Notes: generated by a model from the sequence alone, not told the origin. DNA of 64,000 nt from Halieaceae bacterium (GCA_963669435.1 OY770025.1:3445472-3509471); one strand, 5' to 3'; shown: positions 42,626 to 51,591, counted from the first letter of the stretch. Made by a program: numbers and translations.

Positions 42626-44035
42626 CTATGCCCTCCCCACAAGTCGATCAATTTCGGCGAGATAATGCCGAATTCGGATCTCCGATTCATTCAGGATGGC
42701 GCCTTTGAACGAGTCAGACTGAATACCCCGCTGAACGAAAGGCACGCGTTCAGCATCCTGCCACATCACTCTGCCCCAAACGTCATAGCCGGTTTCTTCG
42801 GGGTTGTTCCAGTCAGGTCGGAAACATTCGGGTCTGTCAGAGCCATCCCAGCCTTTCGGTCCAAAGCTATCGGGCCCAAAGTTATTAATGTCCATGACAC
42901 GTATCTCGGGGTCGCTCACTGGCAGGCAAAGCGTTAATACGTAGTAGTAGCTCTGGGTAGGATCCGTCGCGTGGGGCTTCCAGGACTGGATCATCAAGCC
43001 ATCCGAGAAGCAGTTTAGAGTCGTATTGGGGAACAAATGATAGTTCCAATCATCGGTAATCTGGTCATCGGTCAGGTCATCAAAAAAATCGTAGCCGTGT
43101 TTTTTACCCCACTTGCGTTTGGTATCGCAAAATGCCGCTTTGAACTCGGTTCCCTTGAGGCCCTTGTAATCATCGATGTTCCCGTCATACATCTCGATGT
43201 ACATTTTCAGGAAGTCGTTGACCTCCTCGGGATTGGGTGTCTTCTCAAATGCCGCGCCATTCCGCAGGAACATGCGGCTGACTCCCTTGTCGTAGCAATC
43301 GTACTGTGAGTCCACGGTGGACATTACCGGTACCACTTCCGGGTGCACATCATCGCCATGATAAAACTCGAGGAAGGCCTCCATGGCAGTCTTCCAGTTG
43401 GTTGGCCACTGGGCCTCGAACTCTCTCAGTACGCGAAATTCGCCAAACTGGTAGTTCTTCAGGTGTTCGGGGATCACGCCCAGCGCCTCATGCAGCGGCT
43501 CTGCATCATCGTCCATGTTGATGAAGATGAGGGAATTCCAGATCTCGCAGCGTACTTTTGGCAGGCATAGGGGGTTCTGTAGCGTTTCTTCCCGGAAGAT
43601 AAATTCGTCCTTGACCCTTATGTTCTCGCCGTGCAGATCCCATTTCCAGCCGTGGAAATTGCAGTAGAAGTTGCCGTCGATATGCCCCCGGTCTTGGGTG
43701 ACGATAAAATTGCCTCGGTGCGGGCAGACGTTATAGTACGCTGCAATGTCATCGCTATCCGGACCATGGCGGACAATGATGAAAGATTCCTTGCCCAGGT
43801 CGTACTTGATGTAGTCTCCAACTTCGGGAACGTCAACAACCAGACCGGCGAAGGTCCAGGTCTTCTTGAACACGTGCTCCCACTCCAGGCCCTGTTCTTC
43901 GTGTGAGTAATAGCGCGTTTTGTCAGGCATGTCCGTGCCGTGATCGATGTAGGGTGCCTTGGCCTCAACCGCGGTCGGGTCAGTGATTTCCGGATAAGAG
44001 ATATACCCCTGCTTGTAGTCAAATTTTGCTGGCAT
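42626..44035 (-). CDS. Rieske [2Fe-2S] non-heme-iron oxygenase alpha subunit (paralog B)
   Basis: ATG 44035 (MPAKFDYKQGYISYPEITDP...) with GGAG RBS. 'CPHRGNFI...CNFHGWKW', 'EAFLEFYHGDDVHPE'. Collinear with paralog A over its whole length. Confidence 0.85.
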   Translation of the reverse strand: MPAKFDYKQGYISYPEITDPTAVEAKAPYIDHGTDMPDKTRYYSHEEQGLEWEHVFKKTWTFAGLVVDVPEVGDYIKYDLGKESFIIVRHGPDSDDIAAYYNVCPHRGNFIVTQDRGHIDGNFYCNFHGWKWDLHGENIRVKDEFIFREETLQNPLCLPKVRCEIWNSLIFINMDDDAEPLHEALGVIPEHLKNYQFGEFRVLREFEAQWPTNWKTAMEAFLEFYHGDDVHPEVVPVMSTVDSQYDCYDKGVSRMFLRNGAAFEKTPNPEEVNDFLKMYIEMYDGNIDDYKGLKGTEFKAAFCDTKRKWGKKHGYDFFDDLTDDQITDDWNYHLFPNTTLNCFSDGLMIQSWKPHATDPTQSYYYVLTLCLPVSDPEIRVMDINNFGPDSFGPKGWDGSDRPECFRPDWNNPEETGYDVWGRVMWQDAERVPFVQRGIQSDSFKGAILNESEIRIRHYLAEIDRLVGRA

Positions 44036-44308
44036 GTTTGTCGCTCCGCTAGTTAGGTTTACCAAAAGTGTTGCTACCGCCCAGTCGGGTGGCGATGAGA
44101 TTTTTCTGATCGACACTCGATCTAATTGAATTGACGGGAGTTGGTGGCACTCCCCTCAGCGCTTCTCGGCCCCATCTGGTTTTGCACTGATGTAAGTCAA
44201 GAAAATAGGCGATTTTGGCGTCAAAGTACGGGTTGGGGTCACCGCTATCCCCAAACGTCTTTATAGGAGTAACGCGATATTGAAACCTGTAATTCAAGGA
44301 GTACCTCG

Positions 44309-45901
44309 GTGGCAAGCCAATATGACATTGTTTGCGTTGGAGCGGGCAGTAACACCCTTGTTGCCGCTGCGTATCTGGCGAAAGCCGGTAAGAAGGTTTT
44401 ATTACTGGAGAAAAATAGTCAGGCCGGAGGCGGTGTCGTTTCCGTAAATATTGCGCCAGGTTTTGTCCATGACCCGCATGCTACGGGTTACATTTCTTTC
44501 CAGGCCAACCCTGCAATTAAGGATGATGAGTTGGGCTTGTTTTCCCAGTTTGGATTGGAAACTTTTACTTATGAGGCCAGCTTCGCCAGTATATTTGATT
44601 CGGGAGATGGTCTGATTTCGTACACGGATCTTGATCGATCCTGCCAGGAATTGGCGAAATATTCCCAGCGCGACGCTGATAATTACCGGGCGTTTGTCGG
44701 TCGGGCGCAGCAGGTGTTACCCATGCTCGCCCGTGGCGCATCAACGCCTCCCTTGCCCATGTCCGGTTTCTTTAATCTTCTGCAGGGTAGCCCTCTCGCC
44801 GAAGAATTGGCCAGCGCGTTGTTCAAAAGCGCTTATGACATTATCGAGGAGTTGTTCGAATCGGTGGAGGCAAAGCTGCACTATGCAAAATGGTGTGCTG
44901 AGGTCATGGAGAATCCTGAAACCAAGGGCACTGGCATCGTGATGTATAACCTTTGCGGATTGGCACACACCTACGAAGCGCTGGCGATAACCGGAGGTTC
45001 GAAGAACTTAACCAATGCGCTCATTCGCGCGGTCGAACATTACGGCGGAGAGCTCATTACCGGCGCCGAGGTTACCAAGGTCAAAATTGAATCCGGTGTT
45101 GCCAAGGGCGTCGAGCTGAAGGATGGTCAGTTTATTGCCGCGAAAGACGCGGTGCTTGGCTGTATCCATCCCTGGAATCTCGGCACTGTAATTCCAGAAA
45201 TCGATCCGGGAGTGGCGGAGCGCGCGCGGCAGGTGAAGCTCAGCGGCCATGGGGCGATAAATCAGCAGATAGCCTTGACGGAACATCCCCAGTTTAAGGC
45301 TGACAACCCCGACGTTTACCACGACGCCATGTGTGTCGAATACGTGCCGAAGAATCTGGACGGAATCCGCAAAAGTTTCGATATGTACCGTTACGGTGAA
45401 CTCCCCGACGAATTCATCAGCCCCATGACGATGCTACATTCCCGCAAGGATCCCAGCCGGGTTCCGGATGCCGACAAGTGCGCGATGTATTTGTACCACT
45501 TTGCCCCCAGAGTGCTGAAAGATGGCGGTCTGCAGGGGTGGGAGCGACACCGGGAGGAATTCGCGGATGCAATCTGGGAAAGGTTTAAGCAATACACCAC
45601 CAACATGGATGACAGCAAAATTATAGCTCGGCTTGTGGAATCTCCGCAGGACCATCACAACCACTCTGCAAGTATGGTTAATGGTGACATCATCGGCATT
45701 GGTACGACAGTTGGGCAATTGAATGCCCACCGACCCAACGCGGAGCTTTCTAACTACACGGTCCCTGGATTGGAGCAATTCTATCTTGCCGGACCCTTCA
45801 TGCATCCGGGTGGTACCGTCTTATTTGGTGGGCGTGCCACGGCCATCAAGATGTGCAAGGACATGGGAATTCCTCTCAAGTCTGCGTTCGATTATATCTA
45901 G
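44309..45901 (+). CDS. NAD(P)/FAD-dependent oxidoreductase (phytoene-desaturase/CrtI-like family)
   Basis: GTG start 7 nt after AAGGAG. 'YDIVCVGAGSNTLVAAAYLAKAGKKVLLLEKNSQAGGG'. 530 aa. Confidence 0.8.
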   Translation: MASQYDIVCVGAGSNTLVAAAYLAKAGKKVLLLEKNSQAGGGVVSVNIAPGFVHDPHATGYISFQANPAIKDDELGLFSQFGLETFTYEASFASIFDSGDGLISYTDLDRSCQELAKYSQRDADNYRAFVGRAQQVLPMLARGASTPPLPMSGFFNLLQGSPLAEELASALFKSAYDIIEELFESVEAKLHYAKWCAEVMENPETKGTGIVMYNLCGLAHTYEALAITGGSKNLTNALIRAVEHYGGELITGAEVTKVKIESGVAKGVELKDGQFIAAKDAVLGCIHPWNLGTVIPEIDPGVAERARQVKLSGHGAINQQIALTEHPQFKADNPDVYHDAMCVEYVPKNLDGIRKSFDMYRYGELPDEFISPMTMLHSRKDPSRVPDADKCAMYLYHFAPRVLKDGGLQGWERHREEFADAIWERFKQYTTNMDDSKIIARLVESPQDHHNHSASMVNGDIIGIGTTVGQLNAHRPNAELSNYTVPGLEQFYLAGPFMHPGGTVLFGGRATAIKMCKDMGIPLKSAFDYI

Positions 45902-45919
45902 CTAAATTGGGAGACCAGC

Positions 45920-46129
45920 ATGAAATTGTACGCGTCAGATAACTCTGAACTGATGGAAGTGGAATCCATCGAACGGGTGGATAACAACCTGGTTGTCGAA
46001 GGCACAATCATGGGATCTATGCCTATTCGGGCAACAGTCAAACCTGCCGAGGTGCGCAAGGTCTTTAAGTTGCTGAGTTTCAGCACGATTATTTTTGCCA
46101 TCAGCATGCTGTTCCGCGGTTCCAGGTAA
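45920..46129 (+). CDS. Small hypothetical protein with C-terminal hydrophobic helix
   Basis: 69 aa, GGGAGA RBS, C-terminal 'VFKLLSFSTIIFAISMLF'. Wedged between the FAD oxidoreductase and the mutase with short spacers. Confidence 0.4.
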   Translation: MKLYASDNSELMEVESIERVDNNLVVEGTIMGSMPIRATVKPAEVRKVFKLLSFSTIIFAISMLFRGSR

Positions 46130-46175
46130 ACCTGCTTCCTGTGTTCAGCCCGGAATTGCCGGAGATCAAAAGCCA

Positions 46176-47819
46176 ATGAGTGACGACAAAAATTCCGCGA
46201 TTGAGAGCGTCAAGGTCAAGCTCTCTCGAACCAGGACCTGGGGCGGTATGGAGACCGAGAATGTCTACAGACCTGAGACAGGGATCGACCAGGAGTATGA
46301 AGAGAAACTCGGCGACCCTGGCCAGTACCCCTACACCCGAGGTGTTTCGGAAAGTGGTTATCGCAGAAAAATGTGGACGCTTCGCAACATCGTCGGATAC
46401 GGCGCGCCAGAAGATACGCTTGAAGGAATTAGAAGCGCGTTGGCAGCGGGTACGGCAGGGATTAATGTTGTACCGGATGCGCTGACCCAGCAAGCGGTCG
46501 ATCCCGATCATCCGGCGTTTGGGGTGGAAGTAGGTGCGGAGGGATGTTCCATCGCCTGCGCCCGGGATATGGAGCGACTGACTCAGGATATAGATATCAC
46601 TCAGTCAGGTGTTGCCTACCACTATGGCATGCTGGCATACGCCGTTTCGGCTGCAGTTGCCACCAGGCGTGGTATATCGCTGGACAAGATGTTGGGCTCT
46701 TCCATGCCTGACTTTCTTTCCTATTCACTATCTGGTTGGGGTCAGCAGGTTTTCCCGGCCGCCTTCGCTCATAAGGCGACACTGGATTGTCTCGAATTCT
46801 CCACCCAAAATAGCCCCTACTGGGCCGTTGCTATGCCGCAGGCCTATGACTTGCGCGAGAGGGGGGCGCCACCCTGGGGCGAGATTGCCTATGGTATGGC
46901 GATCGTCAACAGGACCATGGAAGATCTTGTTTCCCGTGGTCTGAGTGTTGATGAAGTGGCACCGAGCCTCGCCTGGGTGTCTACCTCGGACATCGACTTC
47001 TTTGAAGAAGTGGCCAAGTTCAGGGCTGTGCGGCGCGTATGGGCCCGTACCATGAAGGAGCGGTTTGGCGCGACCAACCCCAGGGCAATGAGCATCCGCA
47101 TGGCCTGCCACACTGCCGGAAAATCCCTGGTCTACCAGCAGCCGCTGAATAATCTCAGCCGGGTGGCAATCCAGTCGTTTGCGGCACTCTGCGGAGGTGT
47201 TCAATCCCTGGAAGCCTGCACCTTCGATGAACCGATCTGTATTCCCACTCCCGAAGCCCGAGAGTTGGCAACCCGCACCCAGCAGATACTGGCTCACGAA
47301 GTTGGAGCGGCGCGGACAATAGATCCTCTGGGAGGAAGCTACTATGTCGAGGCGTTGACCGACGAGATAGAAAGTCGTGCTCTGGCAATGCTGGCCGATA
47401 TCGAGGAAAAAGGCATCGTCGAGGCAATAGCCGACGGCTCGTTGGAGAAGCTCATGGATGAGCACAACCTGACGCAGGAGCGTGAAATGGCGTCCAAGGA
47501 TCGGATCATGGTCGGTCGAAACGATTTTGTTCCTGGAGAGGAAGAGCAACCGAAACGCTTCACTTTTGATAAAGAGAATACGCGCAAGCATATTGCGCGA
47601 TTTATTGAGATGAAGAAAACCCGGGACAACGACTTGTTGCAAGATAAGCTACGTAAGTTGTATCTCATCGCGCAGGGCGACGATAATTTCCACCAGGCGA
47701 TGATTGATGCTTTTGTCGCGGATGGTACTATCGGTGAAGTCTGGGGTACCGTGAGGATGGCGAACGGTCTCAGCTACGACCCATTCCACGTGATTGAGTC
47801 GCCGTTCTCCTTTAACTGA
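46176..47819 (+). CDS. Coenzyme-B12-dependent acyl-CoA mutase, large (substrate-binding) subunit, divergent
   Basis: 'PGQYPYTRGV', 'ACHTAGKSLVYQQPLNNLSRVAIQSFAALCGGVQSLEACTFDE', 'IDPLGGSYYVEALT' are methylmalonyl-CoA-mutase-family blocks. ATG 46176 is preferred over the listed TTG 46095. Confidence 0.85.
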   Translation: MSDDKNSAIESVKVKLSRTRTWGGMETENVYRPETGIDQEYEEKLGDPGQYPYTRGVSESGYRRKMWTLRNIVGYGAPEDTLEGIRSALAAGTAGINVVPDALTQQAVDPDHPAFGVEVGAEGCSIACARDMERLTQDIDITQSGVAYHYGMLAYAVSAAVATRRGISLDKMLGSSMPDFLSYSLSGWGQQVFPAAFAHKATLDCLEFSTQNSPYWAVAMPQAYDLRERGAPPWGEIAYGMAIVNRTMEDLVSRGLSVDEVAPSLAWVSTSDIDFFEEVAKFRAVRRVWARTMKERFGATNPRAMSIRMACHTAGKSLVYQQPLNNLSRVAIQSFAALCGGVQSLEACTFDEPICIPTPEARELATRTQQILAHEVGAARTIDPLGGSYYVEALTDEIESRALAMLADIEEKGIVEAIADGSLEKLMDEHNLTQEREMASKDRIMVGRNDFVPGEEEQPKRFTFDKENTRKHIARFIEMKKTRDNDLLQDKLRKLYLIAQGDDNFHQAMIDAFVADGTIGEVWGTVRMANGLSYDPFHVIESPFSFN

Positions 47820-47836
47820 AACTTGGCAGGCAATCT

Positions 47837-48262
47837 ATGAACGACAGTGCAAATCCGCAATCCGGTAAAATTCGCTGTTTACTCGGAATGCTCGGTACTG
47901 ATGTGCACAGCAAGGGAATTCGGACCCTGGCCCAGTTGTTGCGTGACGCGGGAATCGAGGTGATCTATATCGGCGAGCATAATACCGTACCTGGAATGGT
48001 GCGATCTATTATCGTCGAAGATGCCGATGTCGTCGGACTCAGTTTTTTGTCGTCCAACTATCTGGACTACTGCGAACAGTTACGCGATGAAATGCGTGAC
48101 GCCGGGGCCTCAGACACACCCGTGATGGTTGGTGGGATCATCCATCAGGAAGACTATGAAGCCCTCGGAGCACTCGGTGTATCGGGCATTTTTGGGCCGG
48201 GCTCCACCACCCAGGACGTTCTGGATTTTCTGCAGCAGGCCACCGGTAAGACGCTCAACTGA
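47837..48262 (+). CDS. Acyl-CoA mutase small subunit (cobalamin-binding domain)
   Basis: 'LLGMLGTDVHSKGIRTLAQLLRDAGIEVIYIG' contains the base-off/His-on DxHxxG motif. 141 aa. Confidence 0.85.
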   Translation: MNDSANPQSGKIRCLLGMLGTDVHSKGIRTLAQLLRDAGIEVIYIGEHNTVPGMVRSIIVEDADVVGLSFLSSNYLDYCEQLRDEMRDAGASDTPVMVGGIIHQEDYEALGALGVSGIFGPGSTTQDVLDFLQQATGKTLN

Positions 48263-48309
48263 TTGGGTCGTTACGATCGTACCGGTTGATGTTCAAACCC
48301 CGTTGAAGC

Positions 48310-49254
48310 ATGGAACCCCTGGACTTGGAACAAATAATCTCAGCTCTGCGAGCAGGGGAGCTGCGCACTGCCGCCAGGCTTATTAGCCGGATTGAAAACA
48401 ACGATCCTGAACTGCTCCCTCTGCTCAAGAAACTTTATCTTCTCGGCGGTAATACCCAGGTTGTGGGTATCACCGGTCCCCCTGGTGCGGGAAAGAGCAC
48501 ACTGGTAAACCAGCTCGTAAGCAGCTATCGGCAAAATGATAAGCGTGTAGCTGTACTGGCCGTGGACCCTTCCAGCCCATTCAGCGGGGGCGCCATTCTG
48601 GGAGACAGGGTGCGAATGAGCCGACATGATGCTGACCCGGGCGTTTTTATCCGCAGTATGGCCAGTCGCGGCAGCCTCGGGGGGCTGGCAAATGCGGCAG
48701 CGGACACAATCAGCTTGCTCGATATCATGGGCTGGGACCTGATCATTGTTGAGACGGTCGGGGTAGGGCAGAACGAACTCGAGATTATGCGACATGCAGA
48801 TACGGTAGTACTTATTCAAACACCGGAGTCCGGTGATGCGGTGCAGGCTGTGAAAGCGGGAGTTCTGGAAATTGGAGACATTTTCGCGGTAAACAAAGCC
48901 GATCACCATGACGCTGATAAACTGGCTGCCGCAATTGCGGATATGGTTGCCAGCAAGGGTTTAGTCGAGGGCTGGATACCTGAGGTCATTAAGACGGAGG
49001 CGGTCTCCGGGAAAGGTATTGATGAGCTCATGACTCATATAGGGGCTCACCAGAACTTCCTTAAAGATAGCACCCCGGCAGTACGGGCCAGAAATCTGCA
49101 GAAAGTGAGATTTCGCGTATTGGACATCTGCAAACAGAATGCCACCAGAAAGCTGCTTGAAGGCCAATACGCCTCCGATATTGAACCGAAGCTGTCGGCA
49201 GTCGTTGATCGCGAGTCCGATCCCTACACAGTCGCTGCGGAACTCATAGACTAG
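48310..49254 (+). CDS. meaB: Methylmalonyl-CoA-mutase-associated G3E GTPase (MeaB/ArgK family)
   Basis: P-loop 'GITGPPGAGKSTL', 'VDPSSPFSGGAILGDRVRM', 'VETVGVGQ', 'NKAD'. Confidence 0.9.
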   Translation: MEPLDLEQIISALRAGELRTAARLISRIENNDPELLPLLKKLYLLGGNTQVVGITGPPGAGKSTLVNQLVSSYRQNDKRVAVLAVDPSSPFSGGAILGDRVRMSRHDADPGVFIRSMASRGSLGGLANAAADTISLLDIMGWDLIIVETVGVGQNELEIMRHADTVVLIQTPESGDAVQAVKAGVLEIGDIFAVNKADHHDADKLAAAIADMVASKGLVEGWIPEVIKTEAVSGKGIDELMTHIGAHQNFLKDSTPAVRARNLQKVRFRVLDICKQNATRKLLEGQYASDIEPKLSAVVDRESDPYTVAAELID

Positions 49255-49389
49255 TCTTGCCGACTTTGTCACTTTTTTCAGGACCTTATTGAGGTACAGC
49301 CTTCTCGGATTCGTCACAATCTATGGGCATGTTAGGAATGCTTGAGTATGATGCGAGGTGGCATCGGGGCGCTCAAGTCAAAACTACTT

Positions 49390-50082
49390 ATGAACACTAA
49401 AGAACGGATCATTCTTAAGAGTATCGAGCTATTCAATCGCGACGGGGTAGATGGCGTTCCGCTTCACCGTATCGCCGCTGAACTCGGGATGAGCCCCGGG
49501 AACTTAACCTACCATTACAAAAACAAGGACGAGCTGATTGCGGCCATCTACCCCAGCATGGCAGATGCACTGAAGCAGGCACTGCGGCTTCCGGCGGACG
49601 CAGATCGCCCTTTGTCAGCTGCTTATGTCGCACAGTATCAAATTGGTATCTTAAGAGTCCTCTGGAGCTACCGGTTTTTCTTTATAGGCTTGAAGTCCAT
49701 CCTGGCGAAAGACCCCGCGTTGGAAGCTGAGTACTGGCAGTTTCATGATTGGGTGATCGATAGGCTGGGACGATTACTCGAAGGGGAGATCGAAGCCAAA
49801 GGCATGAGACCAATCCTTCCCCCCAGTACAACCGCTGTCGTAGCCACTAACCAATGGTATTTGTGGGTGAGTTTTCTGTTCTTCCAGGGACATGAGAGCA
49901 AGGTCCAGAATTTGGACATTCAGGAAGTTATCTACAATGGTGTGCTGCGCAACTTCAGTCTGTTGCTTCCATACTGTACCGAGTCTTTCGCTGAGCAATT
50001 TGTGTGCGAATGTCGCAGGCAACTGGAAATTGACCTGGCCGACGAAACTATCGATGGATTCCACGCCGTTATGTCTGGCTAA
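49390..50082 (+). CDS. TetR family transcriptional regulator (paralog 3 of 3)
   Basis: ATG 49390 (MNTKERIILKSIELFN...). 'LHRIAAELGMSPGNLTYHYKNKDELI', 'LWSYRFFFIGL'. Confidence 0.85.
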   Translation: MNTKERIILKSIELFNRDGVDGVPLHRIAAELGMSPGNLTYHYKNKDELIAAIYPSMADALKQALRLPADADRPLSAAYVAQYQIGILRVLWSYRFFFIGLKSILAKDPALEAEYWQFHDWVIDRLGRLLEGEIEAKGMRPILPPSTTAVVATNQWYLWVSFLFFQGHESKVQNLDIQEVIYNGVLRNFSLLLPYCTESFAEQFVCECRRQLEIDLADETIDGFHAVMSG

Positions 50083-50298
50083 GTTTGTTCTTGCTCTATT
50101 GCGCACCGACCTTCACTGAATTAAGCTCTCCGACCCCTGCCAGGTAACCAACTACACCCATCGCTGTCGTTGCCTGGCTTTATCTTCCCTGAAACGTTTC
50201 GAACCTGCAGAGCGTAACCCATGTAATACGCGCTAGCGGCGCGGGCCGGGCGCACGCGCGCGTAATTGGATAGCGCGACAAATTCTCGACTCCACTCC

Positions 50299-50354
50299 TT
50301 GACATAGTTATTAGTTACTATAGACTAATTAGGTTGTTAGGTACAAATGACTAA
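50299..50354 (+). promoter_or_regulatory. Sigma70-like promoter plus two TTAGT-N8-ACTAA operator-like sites upstream of the ECF sigma gene at 50393
   Basis: TTGACA (50299-50304), 16 nt, TAGACT (50321-50326). Site a is TTAGTtactatagACTAA at 50311-50328 and overlaps the -10. Site b is TTAGGtacaaatgACTAA at 50337-50354. Confidence 0.4.
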
Positions 50355-50392
50355 ATAATCTCTAACATAGCCAGCTACCTGGAGCCCGCCCG

Positions 50393-50941
50393 ATGAAACT
50401 TACCCAAGAGAAAGTTAACGAGTTGTTTTCCAAGGAATACTCAGCGCTGGTCACACGCATGCTACAGGTGCTCAAACGGCCTGAAGATGCAGAGGATATG
50501 GCGCAGGAGGCATTCATCAAACTCAGCTTGAAGGCAGCAGAGGGGTACGAGGTGAACTACCCTAGAGCGTTCTTATACCGTGTGGCCCACAATATGGCTC
50601 TTGATTATTTGCGCAAGCGAAATCGTGAAGATAGCCGGATACTCGCCACAGAGGCCGACGTCAGTGAAGTAGAGAGTAGCGCCGTGGTTGAACAATGGCC
50701 GATGACCGGCGGGTTGGAAGGGCAGTTGGACAATGAACGCGCGCTTACCCAGGTGTTTAATTCACTGTCTGTACTTCCCGGTAAATGCCAGGAAGTGTTC
50801 ATTAATCATAAGGTGCATCAGTTCAGTTACCGGGAGACGGCCAACCATATGGGCTTGAGTGTCAGCATGGTAGAGAAGTACATGTCCAAGGCGCTCAAGC
50901 ATGTGCGGAGCGATCCGCGGTTGCTCCAACAAGCGGCCTGA
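50393..50941 (+). CDS. ECF (FecI-like) sigma factor, no adjacent anti-sigma gene (paralog 1)
   Basis: 'PEDAEDMAQEAFIKL...AFLYRVAHNMALDYLRKR' (region 2), 'FSYRETANHMGLSVSMVEKYMSKAL' (region 4). Confidence 0.85.
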   Translation: MKLTQEKVNELFSKEYSALVTRMLQVLKRPEDAEDMAQEAFIKLSLKAAEGYEVNYPRAFLYRVAHNMALDYLRKRNREDSRILATEADVSEVESSAVVEQWPMTGGLEGQLDNERALTQVFNSLSVLPGKCQEVFINHKVHQFSYRETANHMGLSVSMVEKYMSKALKHVRSDPRLLQQAA

Positions 50942-50989
50942 TACTCGCTGCAAGGCCCCTGGCCAGACAGACCGGCTTGCTCTACGGTT

Positions 50990-51457
50990 TTAGCCCGTAG
51001 TGACCCGCTCCAACACAACCACCGGGATTTCCCGAATACCGCGAGCCTTCTCTTCATAACCTCGGTATGGAGGGAAGATTTCGACCATTTCATCCCACAA
51101 GCGCGCTCGCTCTTCACCCTCTGCGGTGCGCATGCGAACCTTGTAGTGGTCAGATTTCACCTGGACCCACGCTTCCCCGGCAGCTTCGAGATTCAGGAAC
51201 CAGGCGGGATTCTCGGGTGCCCCGCCTTTTGAGCCGATCACCGCGTAACCCTTATCGGTGTCACAGTAAATCAAGGGCAGGGATGTCGGTTTGCCTGACT
51301 TCCGGCCCACCGTGGTCAGTAGCAGCGTAGCGATAACTTTGTCGCCACCCACCGGGGTAGAGTCCCACATGTGGCCGACCTCGCCATCAGTTTCAATGTA
51401 ATCCGTCATGTGGCTTACGATCCAGCCAGGGAGGTTGGTATTCACGGTGGGCTTCAT
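50990..51457 (-). CDS. Deazaflavin (F420H2)-dependent nitroreductase/quinone-reductase family protein (DDN/FDOR-A-like)
   Basis: 'LLLTTVGRKSGKPTSLPLIYCDTDKGYAVIGSKGGAPENPAWFLNLEA...V.V...Y.V..R.A.GEERARLWDEMVEIFPPYRGYEEKA.GIREIPVVVLE' matches the family pattern. GGAGAG RBS. Confidence 0.8.
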   Translation of the reverse strand: MKPTVNTNLPGWIVSHMTDYIETDGEVGHMWDSTPVGGDKVIATLLLTTVGRKSGKPTSLPLIYCDTDKGYAVIGSKGGAPENPAWFLNLEAAGEAWVQVKSDHYKVRMRTAEGEERARLWDEMVEIFPPYRGYEEKARGIREIPVVVLERVTTG

Positions 51458-51591
51458 TTTTTACTCTCCAAAACGACCTGTTAGACGAGCCAGTTAGAAG
51501 TTACTCCTGGCAGAGTAGGCGGCGTAGTTAACACTATTCCGCCCTCATATCGGGCGGACACCAGTTGCGATTTTCTGTGCGGGGGGCGGGC

